Source of the DNA: an uncultured bacterium
GTDB taxonomy: Bacteria; Oederibacteriota; PGYV01; CAWJRG01
DNA: 64,000 nucleotides
Assembly (NCBI GenBank): GCA_963845185.1
Contig: CAWJRG010000010.1
Coordinates: 389,297 to 453,296, forward strand
Direction of reading: 5' to 3'
Each line of letters starts with the position of its first letter. Position 1 is the first letter of the stretch. This document shows positions 47,881-57,246 of the stretch, piece after piece. The position numbers and the translations under genes were made by a program. Under the pieces are notes generated by a model. It did not search any database. It was given only the letters and a program-made list of their open reading frames with translations, and was not told the origin of the DNA.

Positions 47881-48819
47881 TTACAATTTTTCATATGATT
47901 CTGTTCTATTGTGCCGCCTCGCAAGTTCGCTCGCATATTTGAAACCTAAACTATTCTTGTTTGCTTCTGCCCAATCAGTCAGTTTGGTTTCTCCTGTTGG
48001 ATGCGAATTGACACATAAAAGTCCGTCCATTAACCCCTTTATTTCTTCTTTTGTAATTACCACATCCCTAACAATCTTGCCCAAAATCCATCCCGCTATA
48101 TATCCCCAAAAAGGTGGAATTGAAACAAGCAGCCGTTTCTTACCGATTATCCTGCCAATAATTTCAACAAGTTCTCTGTAAGAAAATGTTTCAGGACCAA
48201 TAGCATCTATAATTGCATTCTCTGATTTCTCACCTTTTTCAACTGCTAATTTTGCTAAATCATCAACATAAATTGGCTGTAATCGATATTTCCCATCCCC
48301 AAATATACCCATAACGGGCAGGTATCGCAGCATCCAAGCAATATTATTAATCAATATGTCTTCCTTTCCAAAAAGGACAGCAGGACGCAAAATAGCATAC
48401 GAAATTCCTAACTCTATTAATGCTTTTTCCAATTTTGCCTTGCCATTAAAATACGGCAATTTCGAATTTTCTGAAGGGTTCGTAATACTTATATGGACTA
48501 TTTTCTGAACTCCTGCTTCTTCTGCCGCTTGAAACATCTTTAAAGTATTTTCAACCGCTGTTGTGTGGTTAAAATCTCTGTAATCAAACCTCACCCAATA
48601 AGTATTGTACAGAACCTTTGTCCCTTTTAATGATTCAACAATTTTATTTTTGTCATTAAAATTAAAGGGATAGGATTTAATTTTCCCTTCAAATTGATTT
48701 GTCCTATCAGGTGAATTGGTAAGCGTATAGACATCATAACCCTTATTTAATAATCGTCTTGCTATGTATTTCCCCGAATATCCAAATGCTCCTGTTACAA
48801 CATGTTTTACTACGGTCAT
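47881..48819 (-). CDS. NAD(P)-binding epimerase/dehydratase-like (NmrA/SDR a/b) protein.
   Basis: VTGAFGYSGKYIARRLL Rossmann motif; YxxxK-like region. Confidence 0.55.
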   Translation of the reverse strand: MTVVKHVVTGAFGYSGKYIARRLLNKGYDVYTLTNSPDRTNQFEGKIKSYPFNFNDKNKIVESLKGTKVLYNTYWVRFDYRDFNHTTAVENTLKMFQAAEEAGVQKIVHISITNPSENSKLPYFNGKAKLEKALIELGISYAILRPAVLFGKEDILINNIAWMLRYLPVMGIFGDGKYRLQPIYVDDLAKLAVEKGEKSENAIIDAIGPETFSYRELVEIIGRIIGKKRLLVSIPPFWGYIAGWILGKIVRDVVITKEEIKGLMDGLLCVNSHPTGETKLTDWAEANKNSLGFKYASELARRHNRTESYEKL

Positions 48820-48919
48820 TCTTTCCCCTTTCTTTTATCTAACCTGCCCCTATTTTATCACCTTAAATTTTAATGGCAAACCAAATAATTGATATATATC
48901 TTTGCTTTATCAGTTTATG

Positions 48920-49741
48920 TTATCTTGGTTCTGATATTTTTTTTGATAAACCATATACATCTCCATTATAAGTCCATTCCTGAATAGTTTTGTAGACATT
49001 ACCTTTTTCAAAAATTTGTTCAATATAAACCTTCGGATAAACACTTGCAGTATCCGGAATAATACTTAAATATCCGTCTGTTTTAGTCAGGTTTTTATAA
49101 TTATCCTGAAACCAAAGGCCGTAGGACAAATCAAATATTTTGTAAAAATCCATATCCTTTAATTTATATATCTGGTAACTCTGGTCACTAATTCCACCAT
49201 TCCCATAATGTGTATCTAAGACACCAATAAAAATAGTTTTTGAATCAGAATATATTGTTTGCGAATCAAATCCGCTTTCAAAATGTTCGTTTAGTTCAAT
49301 TTCAGCAACTGTATTCAGTTTTGAATCGCAAAGAATATAGCCATCAAATACACAATTACCGCAATCTCCATTTTCCGAGTAATGAAAAACATACGGAGCA
49401 TTCTTAATTTGAGTCTTATATCCTGCCTTAATTTCTGTATTTAACATTTCATCTTTAGTTTGCTTGAAAGTCCTATTCCATTCTTCATTGTAATGGCTTT
49501 CTATAGGGTGCATTTCAGTATATAGGTTAACGATGTTTTCTTTCGAAGGCGAATTTAAATCGCTTGCTGTTATCGTAGGCAAATTAACAATTATACTTGT
49601 CGGAGTTCCCGTAAATGTTGCAGTCGTTTTAGCTGATATTTTAGATATTCCTGAAGTTGTAGCATTAGAGTTCCCAGATGCAGATATCGTAAATTTAAAC
49701 AGTATCATAATTAACGTTGCTAAAATTAATACTTTTTTCAT
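48920..49741 (-). CDS. Secreted hypothetical protein.
   Basis: Signal peptide MKKVLILATLIMILFKFTISASG. Confidence 0.4.
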   Translation of the reverse strand: MKKVLILATLIMILFKFTISASGNSNATTSGISKISAKTTATFTGTPTSIIVNLPTITASDLNSPSKENIVNLYTEMHPIESHYNEEWNRTFKQTKDEMLNTEIKAGYKTQIKNAPYVFHYSENGDCGNCVFDGYILCDSKLNTVAEIELNEHFESGFDSQTIYSDSKTIFIGVLDTHYGNGGISDQSYQIYKLKDMDFYKIFDLSYGLWFQDNYKNLTKTDGYLSIIPDTASVYPKVYIEQIFEKGNVYKTIQEWTYNGDVYGLSKKISEPR

Positions 49742-49790
49742 TCTTTCCCCTTTCTTTTTTAACCTACCCCTATTCTGCCAGCTCTGTTTT

Positions 49791-50432
49791 TTACATTATC
49801 CCCTCTACTTCTTTATTCATCCTTTCAAAAAAATCCTTCATATACTCATGCCTTTTCTGCGCCATGCGCCTGCCGGCGCTGGTAAGCATGCGGCTTTTAA
49901 CCTTGCGCAGCTTTACCATATACTCCCTGTATGCCGTGTCTTCTGCCGTATATGGTTTTGTCATGCTTATGTCAGTGCCTTTGCTGTTATGGAGTTTGGC
50001 GCCTATTTCGCCCGCGAATAAAAAAGCCCTTCCTATGCCGACCGCGCCGATAGAATCCAGCTTGTCCGCGTCAAAAAGCACTTTTGCCTCAAGCGTGTCA
50101 GGCCTGTTTTTGCCCCTGAACCTGTGGCTCGCTATGCATTGGGTAATTTGTTTTATTTTTTCCGCTCCGAATTTGTGCCTTTTCAGCATATGCCCCACTA
50201 TTGCGGCGCCGCGCTCCGCGTGGTCTATCCTGCCGCTTGACTTGTCCTCGCAGCTGCGCGCTATGTCGTGTAGGATTGCCGCGTATTTTATTGTTTCAAT
50301 ATCAGCTTTTTCTTTTTTGCCTATGCGCAGCGCCAGCTTAAACACCCTTTCAGTGTGCTCCCAGTCGTGGCTGCCCTTGGACCAGGAAAACATTTTCTTT
50401 GCTTCTGTTTTGATTTTATTGAAGGTGTCCAT
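49791..50432 (-). CDS. HD-domain phosphohydrolase.
   Basis: H..ILHDIARS ... HAERGAAIVGHML ... D motif spacing of the HD superfamily. Confidence 0.6.
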   Translation of the reverse strand: MDTFNKIKTEAKKMFSWSKGSHDWEHTERVFKLALRIGKKEKADIETIKYAAILHDIARSCEDKSSGRIDHAERGAAIVGHMLKRHKFGAEKIKQITQCIASHRFRGKNRPDTLEAKVLFDADKLDSIGAVGIGRAFLFAGEIGAKLHNSKGTDISMTKPYTAEDTAYREYMVKLRKVKSRMLTSAGRRMAQKRHEYMKDFFERMNKEVEGIM

Positions 50433-50446
50433 AAGATATGCCTGCT

Positions 50447-51295
50447 TTATTCCAGGCTTTTTTTGCTGCGGGTTTTCTGTAGCTCTATATCCGCTTTCCT
50501 GTTTTCCAGCATGGAAAGCGACAGCTCTATGTTTTCCTCAACCTCATATGTGCTCATGGTGCCTATTGCCACCATGTCTATTTCCCTTATGCTCGACCAC
50601 ACAAAATGAAGCCCGGTCGGCGGCATTATCCTTCCGGCAGCGAGCGGTTTTATAATCATAACCGGCTTTTTCGCTTCGCTGATTGTTTTTGCTATCCAGT
50701 CTGTTTCCACCTGGCACAAGAACCCTTCCGCGTTGTAAGGCTGCAAATAGGTTTCCACGTCAAGGCCGTTCTTGTCAGCGTAAACTATTGCCTCGGGCAT
50801 GTGCGTGGAAAGCCCGGGTATCATGCCGCGCTCGCGCACAGCCTTAAGCCACGGCTCAATGCCTTTTATGTCCTGCTTGGCGCGGCTGATAAAAATATCG
50901 GTTATTGACTGGTGGGGAAAGCAGAATACCGCCCCGTTTTCCTTGGCCCAGTCAATGCTTTTCATCTCGCTCACTGTGCAGATAAAATTGATTTTTTTGC
51001 CGGATTTGTCCTGCGCGTCCCTGATTGCGCCGGCCAGCATGTCATTCGCCGGCCCCATTACCGCGTCAATGCCGTATTTTAAATAGGTTAAAAGTATTCC
51101 GGTTATTTTTTCGCGGGTAAAAAAATCCTTTATGAACTTGTCTTTGGCGGCTGATATGTGCGAGTATCCCAAAAACCAGTTTGTGCCGCAGATCATGCGC
51201 GGCATTGAAATCCCCCCAACAATTGTCCTTGGAAAAAACTTATCCGCCATATTATATCTCGGCAAGCCAGTCTTTGGCTTTTTCAATGTCGTCAA
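50447..51295 (-). CDS. Hypothetical protein.
   Basis: 282-aa ORF; no motif recognised. Confidence 0.35.
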   Translation of the reverse strand: MTTLKKPKTGLPRYNMADKFFPRTIVGGISMPRMICGTNWFLGYSHISAAKDKFIKDFFTREKITGILLTYLKYGIDAVMGPANDMLAGAIRDAQDKSGKKINFICTVSEMKSIDWAKENGAVFCFPHQSITDIFISRAKQDIKGIEPWLKAVRERGMIPGLSTHMPEAIVYADKNGLDVETYLQPYNAEGFLCQVETDWIAKTISEAKKPVMIIKPLAAGRIMPPTGLHFVWSSIREIDMVAIGTMSTYEVEENIELSLSMLENRKADIELQKTRSKKSLE

Positions 51296-51632
51296 AAAGC
51301 ACCAGGTTTTTCCTGCCTGTAAACTCCGCTACAACGGAGTAAATCGCGGTTTTCAGGCCCTCAACGCCTATTATCGCGGTCATCCTCATATAAGGCTTGT
51401 TGTGGGCCGCGAAGTCTTTAAGCGCCTTGACAATATCAGGGTCAAAATCGCTGTCAGTCACGTCCATGAGCCCGAGCCCTGTCCCCGGCTTTATTTGTTT
51501 TTCAATCATGCCCTTTGTCTGCTCCAAGGCTTTTAATATGTCCTTTTTCTGGGAATTTGAAAAATCCATGAAAAGTATTTTTTTCCCCTTGTGCTCGATA
51601 AATTCAGTTTTTGGCATTTCCTTCACCTTCAA
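51252..51632 (-). CDS. Hypothetical small protein (possibly STAS/SiaC-like).
   Basis: 126 aa; overlaps the downstream gene by 44 nt. Confidence 0.3.
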   Translation of the reverse strand: MKVKEMPKTEFIEHKGKKILFMDFSNSQKKDILKALEQTKGMIEKQIKPGTGLGLMDVTDSDFDPDIVKALKDFAAHNKPYMRMTAIIGVEGLKTAIYSVVAEFTGRKNLVLFDDIEKAKDWLAEI

Positions 51633-51840
51633 TATTTTAAATCTCTCGAAGTGTCATTGCAAGAGTTAAAAAGTCCAGTGGACTTATTAACGGGTAGTTA
51701 CATTATATTATCATGATAAAGACTGCCCCGAAGCGACGAAGCAATCCCGCATTTAAAAGAAAAACCGAGATTGCCACGCTCCCTTTGGTCGCTAGCAATG
51801 ACAAATTATCGAATTTTTCAGCAACCTGCTAAAATACCTT

Positions 51841-52602
51841 TTAAAGCTTCATTATATTGAAAGCCCACGTTCCTATGGCTATCAGCGCAACGTCAAACCC
51901 GAGGATAATAATTAAATTCTGCATGTACGGCATCGCCGCAAAGCTCGCGCCAAGTATCGCGCTCCGCAGCCCGTCCACAGCGTATGACGCGGGGTCAATG
52001 CGCGTCAGTATCCTGAGCCACACAGGCAGCTTGTCCAGCGGGAAAAGCGCGCCGGACAAAAGGAACAGCGGGTAAACAATAAAGCCTGAAAGTATCGCGT
52101 AACCCTCCGGGCTTTCCATGAAAGAGCCTATGATGAGCCCGAAGCTCACAAGCCCCATTGCAAGCAGGACAAGCATTATGATTGAGAGCAAAATGCCCAC
52201 GGCCGTGTACGGTATGCCGAGGAAAAAACCTATGATAAGAAGTATGAAAGCCTGTAGCAGGGCGTCTGTCATGCATCCCACGACCTTGCCCATGAAAATG
52301 GTTGTCCTTGAAAGCGGCGCTATGAGCACCTCCTTTAAAAAATCTATTTTCCTGTCCCACACTATATACGCGCCGTTGAATATCCCGCTGAATATCACGA
52401 GCATGGCGAGGAACCCCGGGAAAATAAAGTGCTGGTAATTTACGTCTGGCTTCGTGATAGAGCCCATGCCCCCGCCGAAAACAAGGTACCAGAAGAGCGG
52501 CATGAATACCGAGGAAATGACCCTTATTTTTTCCTTGGTAAAAACCTTGAATTCCCTGTACCAGATGGCGTATATGCCTTTTAATGTCTTTTTCATGTTC
52601 AT
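51841..52602 (-). CDS. ABC-2 type transporter permease.
   Basis: Six TM helices; ABC-2 family pattern; translationally coupled to the ATPase gene. Confidence 0.65.
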   Translation of the reverse strand: MNMKKTLKGIYAIWYREFKVFTKEKIRVISSVFMPLFWYLVFGGGMGSITKPDVNYQHFIFPGFLAMLVIFSGIFNGAYIVWDRKIDFLKEVLIAPLSRTTIFMGKVVGCMTDALLQAFILLIIGFFLGIPYTAVGILLSIIMLVLLAMGLVSFGLIIGSFMESPEGYAILSGFIVYPLFLLSGALFPLDKLPVWLRILTRIDPASYAVDGLRSAILGASFAAMPYMQNLIIILGFDVALIAIGTWAFNIMKL

Positions 52603-53570
52603 TTGTTCTGTCTCGCCTTTGTCATGGCGCGCAAATGCTCCATGCCGGTCCCTTCCTCTTCCCTGATTTCCTTGCCTGTATAATACAGGAAGACGTCGTT
52701 TAAATCCGGTGAGTGCGCCTGCACATACGCCACTTCGCCCGCGGCGCGCAGCAGCTCAGGAAGGTTCTTGGCAGACTCCTCCACCGATATCTGCGTGAAC
52801 GCGCCCTGCTTTTCCACGCTTTTCACAAAAGCAAGCTTTTTAATCGCGATAATATTCAGCGCGTCGCCTTTTAAGAGAACAATATCCCCGCCCAAAGCGT
52901 GCTTTAAGTTATCCGGCGTGTCAAGCGCCACTATCATGCCGTGGTCTATTATGGCTACCCTGTTGCACAGGTGGTCAGCCTCTTCCATATAATGAGTGGT
53001 AACAACTATGGTCATGCCCGTGTTTTTGGCAAGCGACATTATGTATTCCCATATATGCTCCCTTGTCTGAGGGTCGAGCCCGAGCGTGGGCTCGTCAAGG
53101 AACAGTATTTTCGGCTCGTGCAGCAGCCCGCGCGCTATTTCCATCCTCCTGCGCATGCCGCCCGAGTATGTCCTGACCATGTCGTTTTTCCTTTTCTGCA
53201 AATCGACAAGGGACAGGACATCGTCTATTTTTTTGTTTATTATGCCCATGGGCAGGTTGTAAAGCAGGGCGTGCAGCTTTAAATTCTCGTATGCGGATAA
53301 AAGCTCGTCCGAGCTCGGGTCCTGGAACACCATGCCTATTGACGATCTCACCTCGCTAGGCTTTGCGACAACGTCAAAGCCGTTCACCGTCGCGCTGCCG
53401 GAGGTCGGCTTCAGCAAAGTGGAAAGCATCATCAGGGTCGTGGTCTTGCCCGCGCCGTTTGGGCCCAGGAGGCCGAAAATCTCGCCCTGCCTGACGCTGA
53501 AGCTTATGCTGTTGACCGCGGCCAGCTCTCCGTAATTCTTTGTAAGGTTTGTTATTGTTATGGCATCCAT
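52599..53570 (-). CDS. ABC transporter ATP-binding protein (DrrA-like).
   Basis: Walker A GPNGAGKTT, signature YSGGMRRR, Walker B LFLDEPT. Confidence 0.8.
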   Translation of the reverse strand: MDAITITNLTKNYGELAAVNSISFSVRQGEIFGLLGPNGAGKTTTLMMLSTLLKPTSGSATVNGFDVVAKPSEVRSSIGMVFQDPSSDELLSAYENLKLHALLYNLPMGIINKKIDDVLSLVDLQKRKNDMVRTYSGGMRRRMEIARGLLHEPKILFLDEPTLGLDPQTREHIWEYIMSLAKNTGMTIVVTTHYMEEADHLCNRVAIIDHGMIVALDTPDNLKHALGGDIVLLKGDALNIIAIKKLAFVKSVEKQGAFTQISVEESAKNLPELLRAAGEVAYVQAHSPDLNDVFLYYTGKEIREEEGTGMEHLRAMTKARQNK

Positions 53571-53642
53571 AGTGGAAAGATTATATTATAAAAAAAAGAT
53601 TTGTCAATGACTGCGTACCTGCTATGCTTGATAAATAAAAAA

Positions 53643-53873
53643 GTGTGTAATTTCAATTCTTATTATTGTCTAAAAAAAATTTCCCCTCTCCCTCGACTGA
53701 GTTAAATATCCCTGTGGGATATTTAACGGGTAGAAGTCATCTTTGTAATGCAAAATATGCTTTTTCTACCCACGGGCAGGGTGAGGGTGAGGATTTTGAT
53801 GGTTTCTCCGCACCCCTCACTCTGACTCTCTCCCGCAGGGGGGAGAGAGGTTATTTGTTTTTGAAATTACACA
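53643..53873. mobile_element. 231-bp MITE-like, transposase-less derivative of the IS110-family element at 55770-57208. Flanked by about 28-bp imperfect direct repeats.
   Basis: Terminal inverted repeats gtgtgtaatttcaa / ttgaaattacaca. Internal hairpins ctctctcccgcaggggggagagagg and cagggtgagggtgagg are shared with the non-coding end of the IS copy. Flanks cgtacctgctatgcttgataaataaaaaag (53613-53641) and cgtacctgctatgtttgataaacaaaaaag (53891-53920). Confidence 0.55.
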
Positions 53874-53913
53874 AAAATTAAGTCAGCATCGTACCTGCTA
53901 TGTTTGATAAACA

Positions 53914-53946
53914 AAAAAGCCCGGAGAAAAATCCTCCGGGCTTTTT
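53914..53946. terminator. Bidirectional rho-independent terminator.
   Basis: aaaaaagcccggagaaaaatcctccgggcttttt, with an A-run before and a T-run after the hairpin. Confidence 0.55.
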
Positions 53947-54066
53947 GTAGCTTATTATTTCTAGTTTCTTGTTTCCTGTTAACTCACCTATCACCTTTCG
54001 CCTATCTCTTGCTTTTTATCACTTACCCCTTACCCCATCCCACTTGGCACTTTTATCTTCCGGCAC

Positions 54067-55065
54067 TTAATTCGACCACCACACGTTGTTATAATTAACA
54101 GTGACGTTAGTTCCTGCTATTACCCACATTTCATTGTTATACACTACACTCGTATGGCCCACTCTCGGGCTGAATCCCGCGTTTCCTGTCGTTTCAGTCC
54201 AGTTTGTTCCGTCGCTCGAATGCCATATGTCATTTAAAAAACTGCTGCTTCCATTTTGCCCTGCTATCACCCACATTTCATTGTCAAATACCAGAACCGT
54301 AGGAGCTATCCGTGCGCCAAAATTCGCGCCGGACGTTGCCTGATTCCATGTTATTCCGTCACTTGAACTCCACACATCACTTAAATAAGTGGCGCCGTCG
54401 AGCCCTGCCGCTATCCACATCTTATTGTTATAAACCACGCTCACAAAATAACACCTTGGGCTGAAGCCTCCTGAAGCCGTTGCCCGCACCCAGTTTACTC
54501 CGTCGCTTGAGCTCCATGCATCACTCAAATAGCCGGTGGAAATGCCATATCCGCTTATTACCCACATCGCATTATTATATACTACGCTTGCATGCCCGTT
54601 TCTGGCAGAAAATGCCGCTGCCGTCGTGGTGCAACCCCAGCTTATACCGTCGCTTGAATACCATACATCGTTTAGATAGCCTCCGGTAAAGCCACCTATC
54701 ACCCACATTTCATTATTAAACACAACGCTTGTGTGTAATTTCCTTGGGACAAACCCTGCTGCTGCCGTCGCCTGGTTCCATGTTGCCCCGTCGCTTGAGC
54801 TCCATACATCACTTTTCAGGCCGCCCGAATCATTGCCGGCTATCACCCACATTTTATTATTTAACACAACGCTCGTGTGGGCATTTCTTGCGCTAAAAAG
54901 CGCCGCAGAAGTTGCTTTTGTCCAGTTAAGGCCCGGGACCGGGGTATTTGTAGGCGTGGCTGTTGAGGCAGTCGGCGGCGCAGTAGGTGTTTTTATTTTC
55001 CTGCATGCGTTTGCCAAAGTTAAAATAATAATTACTAAAAATATTGCCGTCAGTATTTTTTTCAT
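54067..55065 (-). CDS. Lipoprotein with six-blade Kelch-type beta-propeller.
   Basis: MKKILTAIFLVIIILTLANAC lipobox; MWVIAG / WSSSDG..W blades. Confidence 0.7.
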   Translation of the reverse strand: MKKILTAIFLVIIILTLANACRKIKTPTAPPTASTATPTNTPVPGLNWTKATSAALFSARNAHTSVVLNNKMWVIAGNDSGGLKSDVWSSSDGATWNQATAAAGFVPRKLHTSVVFNNEMWVIGGFTGGYLNDVWYSSDGISWGCTTTAAAFSARNGHASVVYNNAMWVISGYGISTGYLSDAWSSSDGVNWVRATASGGFSPRCYFVSVVYNNKMWIAAGLDGATYLSDVWSSSDGITWNQATSGANFGARIAPTVLVFDNEMWVIAGQNGSSSFLNDIWHSSDGTNWTETTGNAGFSPRVGHTSVVYNNEMWVIAGTNVTVNYNNVWWSN

Positions 55066-55066
55066 G

Positions 55067-55678
55067 TTAAAACTCCTTTTTTAAGGCCAGCTTGACCTGC
55101 CCTTTATTTGGGTCATAGCCTGCCGAAATATTTACAGGGAAAGCGGCGTGGATAAAAAACACGTCGGCTAAAGTGTATATCACCGCAGCGCCGGCCAGGC
55201 TGCTGAATAATACCATGGTATTTTGCTTGCTTTGCGCGTTATCCATATCCCCCAGCAGTGTCTGGTAATTCTGCTGGGTTGTGTAGTTTATTTGCGCGTA
55301 TAAATTGTTATAACTATCAAGCGTGTTGTTATAATCAAGATATTCGTATGCTGATATGCCGACAAGGGCCAGGTCAACTATCACCATGGCGATTGATGCG
55401 GGGTAAATTGATGTTTTTGGTTTTTCTTCAGGCTGAATCGCTGCTGCCTGCTTTTGCACGTTTGATTTTTTGACTATTTGCTCAAGCTTGACTATAAAGC
55501 TCCCGAGCTGCGTGGTGGGATTTTCCGAGAAAGCTTCCTTGTAATATTTCAGCGCCTCATTGTAATTGCCTGCCATGTAAGCTTCTTTGCCCTTGTTCAT
55601 GTCCTGGCTGTAATCCGCAAACGCGCTGCTCCCCAAAAGCATAATTAACACAAAAAGACTAACCAGGAATTTCTTCAT
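55067..55678 (-). CDS. Secreted TPR-like protein, co-transcribed with the Kelch lipoprotein.
   Basis: Signal peptide; ALKYYKEAFSENP TPR-like helix pair; 1-nt gap to 55065. Confidence 0.45.
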   Translation of the reverse strand: MKKFLVSLFVLIMLLGSSAFADYSQDMNKGKEAYMAGNYNEALKYYKEAFSENPTTQLGSFIVKLEQIVKKSNVQKQAAAIQPEEKPKTSIYPASIAMVIVDLALVGISAYEYLDYNNTLDSYNNLYAQINYTTQQNYQTLLGDMDNAQSKQNTMVLFSSLAGAAVIYTLADVFFIHAAFPVNISAGYDPNKGQVKLALKKEF

Positions 55679-55769
55679 TTTTTAACCTTCCCATTTTTTA
55701 TTTAAATAAAGTATATAACAGTTTCTTCCGTTTGTCAAAGCCAAAGCATTTTCGATATTGTCTTTATTA

Positions 55770-57208
55770 GTGTGTAATTTCAATTCTATTATAATTAGAA
55801 AGAGAAACCCCTTCTCTGAAAAGGCTTGTCAAGCACAAATCCAAGTATAAGGGCTAAAATGTTAATTAACCTTCTCTTCGCCGCAGTTCTTTTCACCCGG
55901 CATTATAACAAATCAAATTAAGGCCCTCTAACCTCTCCCACAGCCCAGAAGATTTACTGACTCAGGGGAAAACAGAGCGGCCTATAAGTATATTTTTTAT
56001 ATATCCTTTCTTCATAACCACGATTTTCTTTGAGCATTTTAAATATTATTTCTGCCATGTGCCTTGCAACTGCTATTATTGCCTTGTTTGAACCTCTGCG
56101 GCTTTTTACGTTCAAGTATATTGATTTAAAATACAAAGAACTTCTTACCGCTGTCCAAGCTGCTTCTACAAACGCACATTTTAAATGTTTGTTTGCCTGC
56201 CTTATTATCGGACCTCTATGTATTGTTTTATTACTCGCATATTCGCTTGGAACCAATCCGGCATATGACGCTAATCGTTTTGCCTTAGAGAATCTATTTA
56301 TATCAACTATTTCAAACGCCACTACCTTTGAAAGAACTTCTCCAAATCCAGGTACCGTCTTTATTATTTCCACATATCTATCTTTCCCTGTCATTTCTTT
56401 TGCAAGTTTTTCTGTTGCCTTTATTCCTGTATTAAGTTCGTCCACCAAATGCATCTCGAGGTTCAGCAATTCACGTTCGCTTTTTACCAGTTCGACTCTT
56501 TCTATTGTGTCCCTGCCTTTTTTCCCAAACAAATCGCTGTGTACGCTTGTATCTATATGGTTCCTTGTCAATAACTGGTGCACCCTATTTTTTACAGCTG
56601 TCCGTGTGCTCACCAGGAATTGCCTCTCTCTTAATATGTTCTTCTTAAGCCTTATTTCCTTCGACGGCACATATACTTCCGGTATTAAATTTGCTCTCAA
56701 CAAATGGGCCAATATCTCCGAATCCCTTACATCGTTTTTTATCTGGCTTTCCGCTATCGCTCTCAGCTTCTGCGCATGCGCCAATTTTGTCTTTACGCCG
56801 AGTTCCTCCAAAAGGTCGTACACTACTCCCCAGCAGTACGTTGTCTCAATTACCGCTTCGCATTCCTCTCCAATCTCAGCCAGCATTTTCTTAAAATCCT
56901 CTGTCCTGTTTGAAAGAGCTCCTCTAAATCTGACTTGACCTTCTTTTGTCACCGCTGTAACATAAGACACGTTCTTGTGCACGTCCACACCAAGATACAA
57001 CATACGGCACCTCCTAGGTTTTTAATGTTGTGGGTGCTAACACACGCCACGTTACCATTATACCTGGGGGTGCCTTCTTTTCATATTACCTCTCCCTTGA
57101 TGGGAGAGGGACAGGGTGAGGGTGATAATTCCTATATTTCCTCCGCCCCCTCTCTCTTACTCTCTCCCTCAAGGGGCGAGAGTCTGTTTGTTTTTGAAAT
57201 TACACACA
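55770..57208 (-). mobile_element. IS110-family insertion sequence with terminal inverted repeats and a roughly 200-nt structured non-coding region 5' of the transposase. Possible IS1111-like subgroup assignment follows from the terminal inverted repeats.
   Basis: Inverted repeats gtgtgtaatttcaa (55770-55783) and ttgaaattacacac (57195-57208). Transposase ORF inside. Hairpins cctctcccttgatgggagagg and ctctccctcaaggggcgagag at 57090-57185. Confidence 0.65.
55954..57003 (-). CDS. IS110-family (DEDD) transposase.
   Basis: MLYLGVDVHKNVSYVTAV N-terminus and 349-aa length, typical of IS110/IS1111 transposases. Confidence 0.8.
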   Translation of the reverse strand: MLYLGVDVHKNVSYVTAVTKEGQVRFRGALSNRTEDFKKMLAEIGEECEAVIETTYCWGVVYDLLEELGVKTKLAHAQKLRAIAESQIKNDVRDSEILAHLLRANLIPEVYVPSKEIRLKKNILRERQFLVSTRTAVKNRVHQLLTRNHIDTSVHSDLFGKKGRDTIERVELVKSERELLNLEMHLVDELNTGIKATEKLAKEMTGKDRYVEIIKTVPGFGEVLSKVVAFEIVDINRFSKAKRLASYAGLVPSEYASNKTIHRGPIIRQANKHLKCAFVEAAWTAVRSSLYFKSIYLNVKSRRGSNKAIIAVARHMAEIIFKMLKENRGYEERIYKKYTYRPLCFPLSQ

Positions 57209-57246
57209 ATAGTGTACACTAACGCATCTTCAAGGCAAATATTATA

